Shown in pieces: positions 1 through 8,449 of a stretch of 64,000 bases of DNA. Every line of letters begins with the position of its first letter. Positions within the stretch are counted from its first letter, which is position 1. The stretch is from an uncultured bacterium (GTDB taxonomy: Bacteria; Omnitrophota; Omnitrophia; Omnitrophales; Aquincolibacteriaceae), in the NCBI GenBank assembly GCA_964581425.1, contig CAZOOM010000001.1, forward strand, positions 5,183-69,182. Reading direction: 5' to 3'. The notes beneath the pieces were generated by a model that was given only the letters and a program-made list of their open reading frames with translations, was not told the origin of the DNA and did no database searches. The translations under genes and the position numbers were made by a program.

Positions 1-663
1 AAAGCGTTCGATCAGGAAGGGGGATTTCCATGCCAGTAGCATGGAGAAAGAGGCGCCTGAGTCCAATCTCACGCCGGAGCTTTTTATTCAGAGGAAAATT
101 GCCATAAATTTCGTCCCCACATATGGGATAACCTCGATAGGCAGCTTGCACTCGGATCTGATGGGACTTTCCGGTAATTAAACGGATGCGTAAAAGACTT
201 AAGCGGTAAAATGGGAAGTAACGCTCCACCTCATAATCTAAAGTAGCATTGATAGGGCGGTGTGGAATGACCCGAGAACGGACCCGCGATTGATTGCGAT
301 CTACCATAAGATGATCTCTCCAAGTGGCTGACTTAGGACGGACTTGAGATATGGCCAGTGCTGAATAAATCTTTGTAATTTTACCTTCCTCAAAGAGCGT
401 GAGCAGTGTTTGAGTCATTTTTTGATCTCTACAGGCAACAAGAATTCCTGAGGTGTCCTGATCCAATCGGTGAATGAGCCAAATAGGTCCTTCTGGGGAT
501 GCAAAGCAGCGTTTTTCGAAGTCGTATTTTCCTTCAAAGGCACAGCGTGTATTCGTTTGCGTTTGATGGCGATGAATGTTAGGGTGAGAGAGAACGCCTT
601 CGGGCTTGGAAACAATCAGAAAGGGGCCGGAATCCAAAAGGATAGGGCAACGCGTGAGCGTCA
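1..663 (-). CDS. RluA-family pseudouridine synthase. The N-terminal part lies in the window and the C-terminus runs past position 1. It is not listed in the ORF track because it is cut by the edge.
   Basis: Minus-strand frame translates MTLTRCPILLDSGPFLIVSKPEGVLSHPN...PIWLIHRLDQDTSGILVACRDQKMTQTLLTLFEEGKITKIYSALA...GKSHQIRVQAAYRGYPICGDEIYG...LHATGMEIPLPDRT. It carries the HRLDxDTSG catalytic motif and the GxxHQIRVH motif of the RluA/RluD family. The track ORFs 415..615(-) and 470..706(+) are wrong-frame shadows. The first in-frame ATG is at about 661-663. The ORF stays open back to about 754, so the true start may be a non-ATG codon further upstream. Confidence 0.6.
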
Positions 664-702
664 TAGGAATTTCCAAAACAATGGGGGCATGAATTCCAAA
701 AT

Positions 703-1467
703 TTAGAGCGACAAAAAGAGTCGAGTCGTTACTACGAGTTCCAGGTATTTCATGTCAAAAGGTTTCATGACATAAGCGTAAGCGCCGAGATCAGCAGCTT
801 TTTTAGCAATGGCCTCGTCCTGGAGTCCTGTGGCCATCACAATACCAATCTGAGGATTGATCTCCTTCATTTTCTTGAGGGTCAAGAGACCGTCCATTCC
901 CGGCATGGTGACATCTAATAAAACCATAGAAGGGTTCTCTGACTTGAGTTTTTCAAGAGCCTCTTCTCCGCTTTGAGCCATAATGGTTTCAAAGCCCTTG
1001 CTTTCAAAATAAAATTTAAGAAGCTGACGGATTTGTGCATCATCGTCAACAATTAACAGGCGTGGGGTGCCGGTATCAGCGCCTTCTTCCTTAGCTTGAC
1101 GTGGATCCACAAACGTTGCAACTCTTGAAATTTTTTGAAAAAGTTCAGGCAGCGGTGTGGAATAAGGCAGGATTTCAAGCGCACCGCTTTCCATAATATC
1201 TTTTTCAATTTCAGGGGTAATTTTATGAGCTAAAACAACTACCGGTACTTTTTCTCCAGCTGCTCGTGGCAGCGATCGAAGAAGTTTTGTGGGTGCTTCA
1301 GGAAATTTCCCAAGACCAAGAAGGATCACATCAGGTTTTTCCGTTTTAAGTAAATTGAATATCTCGTCTGGCTTTGTAATCGTAGTGACTTTCCAGCCTT
1401 TGCTTTGAAAAAAATCATAACACTGCTGCCTTTTTTCCATTTCCGGATCTAAAACAAAAATTTTCAT
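703..1467 (-). CDS. Response regulator with two receiver (REC) domains. The N-terminal REC is degenerate and the C-terminal REC is canonical.
   Basis: Second half has LLIVDDDAQIRQLL, the phospho-acceptor context LLDVTMPGMDG and a conserved Lys in YVMKPF. The first half, MKIFVLDPEMEKRQ...VILLGLGKFPE, lacks the acidic pocket. There is no output domain. Confidence 0.8.
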   Translation of the reverse strand: MKIFVLDPEMEKRQQCYDFFQSKGWKVTTITKPDEIFNLLKTEKPDVILLGLGKFPEAPTKLLRSLPRAAGEKVPVVVLAHKITPEIEKDIMESGALEILPYSTPLPELFQKISRVATFVDPRQAKEEGADTGTPRLLIVDDDAQIRQLLKFYFESKGFETIMAQSGEEALEKLKSENPSMVLLDVTMPGMDGLLTLKKMKEINPQIGIVMATGLQDEAIAKKAADLGAYAYVMKPFDMKYLELVVTTRLFLSL

Positions 1468-1480
1468 AAAAAATCCGATG

Positions 1481-1882
1481 TTAATCAGCGGCCATGGCGC
1501 CTAGGGTTTTAAGGAGAATTTCAAAATCAACTGGCTTGGTAATGTAATCAAAGGCACCCAGTGAGACAAGCTTACGCGCTTTTTCTTCATCATGCAGTCC
1601 GGTCACCATAATGATGTTAATGGAAGGGTCAAAATTTTTGAGTTGTTTCAGAACGTCTTCGCCAGAAATATCTTGGAGTCCGATATCGAGTAGAATGGTC
1701 AGAATGCGTGTACGTTGGATAGAAGTAAGTCTCTCAACCGCCTGAATGCATTGTTTCCCAGAAGGGCAAGTGACAACTTGATAGCCATCCATCTCGAGGC
1801 GCATTTTCATCAGATTCAGAATGGGTACTTCATCATCTACCACTAAGATGATTTTTTTTTCCATCGAGGGACCAGAATTCAT
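1481..1882 (-). CDS. Single-domain CheY-like response regulator.
   Basis: KKIILVVDDEVPILNLMK, LLDIGLQDISG (phospho-Asp) and DYITKP. No effector domain. It is tandem with the two-REC regulator and divergent from the hybrid kinase operon. Confidence 0.8.
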   Translation of the reverse strand: MNSGPSMEKKIILVVDDEVPILNLMKMRLEMDGYQVVTCPSGKQCIQAVERLTSIQRTRILTILLDIGLQDISGEDVLKQLKNFDPSINIIMVTGLHDEEKARKLVSLGAFDYITKPVDFEILLKTLGAMAAD

Positions 1883-2061
1883 AGAAAAATTATAGCAGTC
1901 CTTAGCAGCTTAAGCATCAAAATTTTTAATTTATGATATTACTGAGGTTTGGATGGGATAGGATGGGGCATCATTGATAAAAAAGTTGAGGTTATGGCCT
2001 GTTTAAGTCGATATTAAAACTAGTCTATAGGATTAATTTTAACAGGAATCAGGGGACTCTT

Positions 2062-5000
2062 TTGCACTACAAGCTCAGTAGCATCAAACTTCTTTGCTGG
2101 TTTCGATCTCTCCTTTTTTTCTTAATGTTGATGAATTCTTTTGCGTGGGGACAGGTATTTGCTGCCCAAAGTTCAGAAGTTAAATATTATAAAATAGGTA
2201 TCCTTGCTAACAGAGGCAAAGAAGAGTGTTTAAGCCGATGGAAAAGCACGGTAGACGTCCTGAATCAAAAAATCCCCGGAATGCACTTTGCCATCGTTCC
2301 GTTAGGTTTTGATGAAGTGGATAATGCGGTAGAAGGGAAGCAAGTCGATTTTGCTCTTACCAATGCTTTTTATCTTCCCAAATTTGAAAAATTTCACAAG
2401 GTTCAATCTTTAGTAACCCTTTCTACAACAGGCCCTGGCCCATTCGAGGGTATGTTAGGCGGTGTCATCTTCACTCGTGCCAACCGCCAGGACATTAACG
2501 AAATTCACGATTTGAAGGGGAAAAGTTTTGCAGCAACAGATTTTCAATCTGTGGGATGGATCGCTTCTTTAAGAGAACTTAGGCTTGCTGGGCTTCACGA
2601 GGGCCATGATTTGAAGGCCCTCGTTAAACTTGGAGAAAATAACCGTGTGGTTGAAGCCGTTCAAAAAGGTGAGGTGGATGCGGCCACGATTCGGACAGGA
2701 ATATTTGAACAGCTTGTCCAAGAAGGCAAGATTCGTATTGAGGATTTCAAGATTTTGCATCCACGAGAAAACCTTCCGTTTATTTGTTCCACACGCCTTT
2801 ATCCTGAATGGGTATGGATGCGTCTTGAACATGTTCCCATGTCAGAAGGAAATGAGCTGGCGAGAGTTTTGCTTTCTATTCCCAAAGAAAGCGAGGCAGC
2901 TCGCACTGGAAAATATCAGAGTTGGATGTTACCTCTTAATTCTGAATCCATTCACGATTGTTTAAAAGAGCTGCGTATTTCTCCATACGAAAGTTTTGGG
3001 ATCATCCAATTTCAAGAAGTTTTTCAAGCTTACTGGCCTTGGATGCTTGTCTTTGTCCTTGTGGTAACGGTTCTTATTATTATTTTATTTATTCTTTCCT
3101 TTGCCGGACGGGATGTTGAAGCGGCCCTGCAGCGTGAACGATCACCCTTTGCAATTTGGATCATTTTCTTTGTAATTGCAGGAGGTATTATTGCAAGCGT
3201 CAGATGGTACTATGTCGATCAGAAAAATTCAATTCGTGAAAATCACTTTGCGCTTCTTAATGCTTTATCTAATAACAGTCAACAACAGATTACGGAATGG
3301 TTTCACGAAATGAATACTCATTTAACTTCGATTACCCAAGATCCCATGGTTCGGAAGGCAACGCGTGATCTTGTGACGAGCTCATCGAAACTTGCAATGG
3401 ATCAAAATTTACCAGACTATTTTAAGGAATTTAACCGTCGTGAAAATTTTGATAATGCATCAGTGTTGGATATCCACGGTAAACTTCTTTGGACACTTGA
3501 TTTGAAGAAGTTTAATTTCATTCAATTGGCAGATTCCACCTCCGTACAAAGCCTGTTACAAAAGCAAAGCATAACGATTGTAGGCCCCGATGTATCGAAG
3601 CTGGCTCAAGGCGCTTTTATTGATGTTGCCATGCCTCTTTTAGATTCAGCTCTCCCGAATGTTCCGTATGGAATTTTAGTTTTGACAAATAATCTTGAAA
3701 AAAAGATTTATCCGCTACTTCGTGAGTGGCCTATGCCCACACATTCCGGCGAAATGATGCTAGCGAGGAGAGAGGGGGACAAAGTTGTTTTTATAAGTCC
3801 TTTAAGGTTTTCTAAAAGAGGAGAGGCTGTGAGGACTCTTTCAATGAATGAAACCAATCATCCTGCGGTGATGGCGGCTCGTGGCATGGAAGGAAACGTT
3901 GAAGGGGTTGACTATCGCAATGTGAAAGTACTTGCAGTGATCAAAAAAATATCAGAAACACCATGGTATTTAATCGCAAAAATGGATGAGAACGAAGTGT
4001 ATGAAGGATTGCAGGGTCGGCACGGTCTCATGATTGGCATGACCACAGGTTCGATTTTGCTTGTAGCTGCATTTCTCGCGCTTTTTATGAATCTGCGTGA
4101 TAAGCGTTTTTACAAAAAACTTTATCAGATGGAAAAAGACCTGAGCCGGAGAGATATTCAATTTTATTCTTTTGCGGAATCAAGTTTAGATCTTATTTAC
4201 CGGTTAAATCGTCAGAGGGTTGTGATCTATATTTCTCCGGCAATTCGAAAGATGCTGGGTTATAACGAAAGCCAAATCTTAAATAGGCGATTTTCAGATC
4301 TTGTTCATAGGGATTATGTTCTTACTATTGAGCGTGCTTATGAGGAGATTCTTAAAGGCAAACCAATCCGCAATTTAGAGATTAAAATCCTTAAAAAGAA
4401 CGGGGAATTCATTGAGGGGGAAGTCAATGCCAGCCCTATTTTTGAAGAAGATCAGGTGGTCCAAATTCAAGGTGTGATCCGAGATATTTCTGAGCGAAAA
4501 CATAGGGAAGAGGAGCTGAGGCAAAGCGAAGAAAAGTTCAAACTGCTAGCGGAGGGTCTTCAGGATGTTGTCATGCGTATTTCCGTGGGAGGGAAAATCG
4601 AATATTGCAGCCCTGCGGTCAAGGAATTTGGAGGGTATGATTCCCAAGAAGAAAAGGGAGAGTTTATTGGGAAATATTTTGCAAATCCTTTAGAGCTCGT
4701 TAAAACACTCAATTTAATGAAAGAGCTGACTATCAGCCGAAAACCTTCTACTATTTCGTTTTTTTATCGTTCTAAAAACACGCCTCCCTTTATGGTTGAA
4801 GTGTCTGGAAGACCCCTCATTAAAAACAATCAAGTGGTTTCATTTATGTGTGTGATGCGGGACATCAGTCAAAGGGTAAAAGCTGAAATGGAAATGAGAA
4901 AACGAGAAGCTACACTGAACACCATTACATCTGCTGCACAAGATGCGATTGTCATGATGGATGATCAGGGCTTGATCACTTTTTGGAATCCGGCGGCTGA

Positions 5001-6792
5001 AAAAATATTTGAGTGGACTCGTAGCGAGGCCCTTGGAAAAAATCTGCACCGCCTAATAGTGCCTGAACGTTATTGGAAGGACCATGAAAAGGCATTCCCG
5101 CAATTTCAGAATTCAGGAGAAGGAGCTGCTGTTGGAAAAAGACTAGAGTTATTCGGGAAGCGCAAGAGTGGGAATGAAATTACAGTGGAGCTATCGCTAT
5201 CTGCAATTCAAATTGAGGGGCATTGGAATGCGGTTGGCATTATGAGAGACATTACCGAACGTAAAATAGTTGAAGAAAAAATGCGATGGCAGCACACGGC
5301 TCTCGAATCCGCCGCCAATGGGATTGTGATTCTAAACGTTCATGGGCAAATCTTGTGGGTCAATCCGGCATTTCAAGCTTTGACAGGATATTCTTCCGAA
5401 GAAGCGATTGGGAAAAATCCTAGAATATTAAAATCCGGGAAACATGACGCCTCATTTTACAAGGATTTGTGGGACACCATTTTAGCTGGAAAAGTTTGGT
5501 GTGGAGAAATCATCAACAAACGAAAAGACGGCAGCTTTTATACGGAAGAAATGACGATCACGCCGGTTAAAACTGACACCGGGATCAGTCACTTTATTGC
5601 AATTAAGCAGGACATTACTTCTCGAAAACAATACGAAGAAAAAGTCCGCCGCTCGCAGCGAATGGAAAGCGTTGGCATGATGGCCGGAGGCGTGGCTCAT
5701 GATTTCAATAATATTTTGACTGTCATTGGCGGTTATCTCGATCTTGTCATGATGAACGAAGCTACGGTCAAAAAACACACACTAGAGCTTACAGAGATTA
5801 AAGAGGCTGTTCAACGTGCCAGTCAGCTTGTAAAACGATTATTAGTATTTAGTCGAAAAGAAGTGTCGGCGCCTAAGGTTTTTGAAATAAATGTTTTGAT
5901 TCAAGATCTTGAAAAAATGCTAACGCGGTTGATGGGAGAGCATATTGAACTTTCATTAAAGCTGAAACCAGGAATAGGCAATATCAAAGCCGATCCAAGT
6001 CAGGTTGAGCAAGTGATAGTCAATCTGGTAGTCAATGCCAGGGATGCCATGCCTAATGGAGGTAAAATTCTCATTGAAGCGAGTGACGTCATTTTAGATG
6101 AGGATTATTCTGAACATTATGTCAATATTCCGGCAGGCCATTATGTCTTGATCGCAATTCAAGATAATGGAACAGGAATGAGCGACGAGGTTAAGGAGCA
6201 CCTCTTTGAGCCGTTTTTTACAACAAAACCCAAGGGAAAAGGTACGGGGCTCGGATTAAGCATGTGTTTTGGAATTATGAGACAGAGCCATGGGCATATC
6301 AGTGTATACAGTGAGGTTGGGCATGGTACAGTCATCAAACTGTATTTCCCCAAAGTCCTTGAAACAGGCGAAGCTTTAATTTGTCAAAAAACAGATGATG
6401 TTTTTCCGTGTGGAAATGAAACTATTCTTGTTGTGGAGGACGAAGGTTCTTTGAGGAAATTAGCTGTGACCATTTTGTCTCAGCAAGGTTATGTTCTTCA
6501 TGAAGCCGAGAATGGGCTTAAAGCCTTGAGCTATATCGAGAGTCATCCAGAAATTAAGTGGGATCTGATTGTGACGGATGTGATCATGCCTCAAATGAAT
6601 GGAAGAGATTTAGCCGCAGAGCTTTGGAAGCGATATCCTAAACTTAAAATACTATTTATGTCAGGATATACTGATGACGCCATGGTTCGTGGCGGGATTC
6701 GTTCAGGAGCTATTCATTTTCTCCAGAAGCCTTTCACCCGCAGAAGTTTTTCTTTTAAGATCCGCGAGGTTCTTGATTCCAATAAATCATAA
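2062..6792 (+). CDS. Hybrid sensor histidine kinase. It has a signal peptide, a periplasmic PhnD/ABC-type phosphonate-binding-like domain, a TM segment, multiple PAS domains, HisKA, HATPase_c and a C-terminal REC.
   Basis: TTG start at 2062 (an alternative ATG is at about 2125). The N-terminus is hydrophobic. The periplasmic domain (IGILANRGKEE...TNAFYLPKFE...) resembles COG3221 solute-binding proteins. A TM helix (WMLVFVLVVTVLIIILFIL) follows, then about four PAS repeats. H-box AHDFNNILTVIGGY has its His near 5698. The G-boxes are DNGTGM and GTGLGL. REC is ILVVEDEGSLR...LIVTDVIMPQMNG with its Asp near 6576. Confidence 0.85.
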   Translation: MHYKLSSIKLLCWFRSLLFFLMLMNSFAWGQVFAAQSSEVKYYKIGILANRGKEECLSRWKSTVDVLNQKIPGMHFAIVPLGFDEVDNAVEGKQVDFALTNAFYLPKFEKFHKVQSLVTLSTTGPGPFEGMLGGVIFTRANRQDINEIHDLKGKSFAATDFQSVGWIASLRELRLAGLHEGHDLKALVKLGENNRVVEAVQKGEVDAATIRTGIFEQLVQEGKIRIEDFKILHPRENLPFICSTRLYPEWVWMRLEHVPMSEGNELARVLLSIPKESEAARTGKYQSWMLPLNSESIHDCLKELRISPYESFGIIQFQEVFQAYWPWMLVFVLVVTVLIIILFILSFAGRDVEAALQRERSPFAIWIIFFVIAGGIIASVRWYYVDQKNSIRENHFALLNALSNNSQQQITEWFHEMNTHLTSITQDPMVRKATRDLVTSSSKLAMDQNLPDYFKEFNRRENFDNASVLDIHGKLLWTLDLKKFNFIQLADSTSVQSLLQKQSITIVGPDVSKLAQGAFIDVAMPLLDSALPNVPYGILVLTNNLEKKIYPLLREWPMPTHSGEMMLARREGDKVVFISPLRFSKRGEAVRTLSMNETNHPAVMAARGMEGNVEGVDYRNVKVLAVIKKISETPWYLIAKMDENEVYEGLQGRHGLMIGMTTGSILLVAAFLALFMNLRDKRFYKKLYQMEKDLSRRDIQFYSFAESSLDLIYRLNRQRVVIYISPAIRKMLGYNESQILNRRFSDLVHRDYVLTIERAYEEILKGKPIRNLEIKILKKNGEFIEGEVNASPIFEEDQVVQIQGVIRDISERKHREEELRQSEEKFKLLAEGLQDVVMRISVGGKIEYCSPAVKEFGGYDSQEEKGEFIGKYFANPLELVKTLNLMKELTISRKPSTISFFYRSKNTPPFMVEVSGRPLIKNNQVVSFMCVMRDISQRVKAEMEMRKREATLNTITSAAQDAIVMMDDQGLITFWNPAAEKIFEWTRSEALGKNLHRLIVPERYWKDHEKAFPQFQNSGEGAAVGKRLELFGKRKSGNEITVELSLSAIQIEGHWNAVGIMRDITERKIVEEKMRWQHTALESAANGIVILNVHGQILWVNPAFQALTGYSSEEAIGKNPRILKSGKHDASFYKDLWDTILAGKVWCGEIINKRKDGSFYTEEMTITPVKTDTGISHFIAIKQDITSRKQYEEKVRRSQRMESVGMMAGGVAHDFNNILTVIGGYLDLVMMNEATVKKHTLELTEIKEAVQRASQLVKRLLVFSRKEVSAPKVFEINVLIQDLEKMLTRLMGEHIELSLKLKPGIGNIKADPSQVEQVIVNLVVNARDAMPNGGKILIEASDVILDEDYSEHYVNIPAGHYVLIAIQDNGTGMSDEVKEHLFEPFFTTKPKGKGTGLGLSMCFGIMRQSHGHISVYSEVGHGTVIKLYFPKVLETGEALICQKTDDVFPCGNETILVVEDEGSLRKLAVTILSQQGYVLHEAENGLKALSYIESHPEIKWDLIVTDVIMPQMNGRDLAAELWKRYPKLKILFMSGYTDDAMVRGGIRSGAIHFLQKPFTRRSFSFKIREVLDSNKS

Positions 6793-6820
6793 TCATTTTT
6801 GATGAAAGAGAATTGCCGCT

Positions 6821-8434
6821 ATGACTAGCCATTCAACTGATGTTCGAAGAGTATGGATGGTTTTTTGTTTTTTAATGATCTCTCCCACGGTTTATTCTGA
6901 AGTTGAATTGCTGGGAAGCAAAGGTAAAGTCATTAAAACCCAAGAAGACACTATTTCAATCACCCACAGCGGATATATGCGTCAAGATGTGATTATGATG
7001 AATAATCTCATCGATTTGGATTCTCAGCAAAAAAAAGATTCTATGGCCTATTGGGGAGGAGAATATTATTTTGACTTTGATGCCAAGTACAAAGAGTGGG
7101 TGGAGATTTACTCTAAATTTCAGCGCACAGGTCCTGCTTATGAAGATATGCTTTTGCTCGGGAGAAGGGATGTCAGTACGATTTATGGCCAAACCGATCG
7201 TTATCATGGAAAGCAATTTCTTCCTGAAGTCACGGAACTTTATCTGGATGCGAAAATTCCTTTGCGCGAGTATGCACTACGGTCAAAGACAGGGCTTTTT
7301 ACGCACTCTCTCGGACATGGGTTTGCAGGCGCTGGATATTTTCAGAATTATGGGCTTTCTTTGTATCATCCTGGAGAAATGGCGTCCTGGACTTTTTACT
7401 ATAACCGTCCTGATTGGAATAATCGAAAAATTTTAGGGCCTGTGATCGAGCAGGAAAAGCGCTTAGGACGCGGTTATCAAAAAACGGTAGCTGATTATTT
7501 TTCTTTAGATGCGATTTATTCTTGGGGGAACTTATCCTCAAGTGAGTCTGAAGCTGAATTTTCAGGGTCGTTTCAGCCTTATGTCACTTTGCTTTCTGAT
7601 CGAACGGGTATCGGGAATCGCAGTAGCCTTTTTGCTGTCCAGACGGAACAAGATCTATTAGGCACCTTAGGGGTAGATCTTAGAACAAAATGGAAACGTC
7701 TTTCATTGGATTTTGAAATGGCAAGAAATTTTGGGCAGGCCAAAACCAAAGGTTTTGCCGCGGATGGGGATGGGCTATTAGGAAGCCAGAATATTTCTCA
7801 TAAGGGATACATGATGTATTCTGAAATGAAGCTGGATCTTCATGAGTGGTGGATCACGCCTCGAACAAGTCTGATGCTTGCATCAGGAAATAAATTAGGT
7901 GGATCTGAAAATGGTTTGATTCAAGGGTCCGCGAATCGTGCTTTCAGTAATTACTCTCCGTTAAATACAAATCTATGGGATTCGATTTACCAGCCTAGGG
8001 AAAATGGCCCTTTAGCTGCTATGGGAACTGGATGGGGAGCAAATAGTGGTATTTTACGGCCAGGAACTTTTGGGGATCCCTATATTCTTGAAAATCTGAT
8101 TGTCCCGAATTGGGGGATTGATATCACGCCCTTTAAAAAATGGACATTTTCTTTGGATTGGTGGTATTTGGCTGCTATGCAGCATGGTGTTGGCACATGG
8201 GAGGGCGAGTCGGTTAAGCTTTCAAAAGATCTTGGAAATGAGTGGGATTTGAATGTGACCTACAAGATGACAGATTATATTGAGTGCAGCGTCAGTGCGG
8301 GATATTTTATGCCAGGGAAATATTATCGTGCTTATCGTGATGATGCGGGTTCGTCTTTCAGTCCATTTGTGACGGGATTAGGAGATACCAATAGTGCATT
8401 TTATGGAGAGATGACGTTTACGATTAAATACTGA
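6821..8434 (+). CDS. Secreted protein, probably an outer-membrane beta-barrel (porin-like).
   Basis: Signal peptide MTSHSTDVRRVWMVFCFLMISPTVYSEVE. Strands of alternating hydrophobic and aromatic residues run throughout, and there are many Gly and Tyr. The C-terminus ends in an aromatic residue (FTIKY), typical of BAM-targeted barrels. It lies between two kinase genes, 27 nt and 13 nt away. The functional family is not resolved. OprO/P-like or alginate-export-like are both possible. Confidence 0.5.
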   Translation: MTSHSTDVRRVWMVFCFLMISPTVYSEVELLGSKGKVIKTQEDTISITHSGYMRQDVIMMNNLIDLDSQQKKDSMAYWGGEYYFDFDAKYKEWVEIYSKFQRTGPAYEDMLLLGRRDVSTIYGQTDRYHGKQFLPEVTELYLDAKIPLREYALRSKTGLFTHSLGHGFAGAGYFQNYGLSLYHPGEMASWTFYYNRPDWNNRKILGPVIEQEKRLGRGYQKTVADYFSLDAIYSWGNLSSSESEAEFSGSFQPYVTLLSDRTGIGNRSSLFAVQTEQDLLGTLGVDLRTKWKRLSLDFEMARNFGQAKTKGFAADGDGLLGSQNISHKGYMMYSEMKLDLHEWWITPRTSLMLASGNKLGGSENGLIQGSANRAFSNYSPLNTNLWDSIYQPRENGPLAAMGTGWGANSGILRPGTFGDPYILENLIVPNWGIDITPFKKWTFSLDWWYLAAMQHGVGTWEGESVKLSKDLGNEWDLNVTYKMTDYIECSVSAGYFMPGKYYRAYRDDAGSSFSPFVTGLGDTNSAFYGEMTFTIKY

Positions 8435-8449
8435 TTTGAGAGGGAAGCT

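Noticed and set aside
415-706. Track ORFs 415..615(-) and 470..706(+) at the window start
   Set aside because: Both are wrong-frame shadows of the real minus-strand RluA-family gene (frame containing LIHRLDQDTSG). The real gene is absent from the track only because it runs off the window edge.
2569-6353. Several 60-110 aa ORFs on both strands inside the 1576-aa hybrid kinase gene
   Set aside because: They are embedded in a gene with continuous strong domain homology. They have no independent motifs or RBS. Typical alternative-frame noise.
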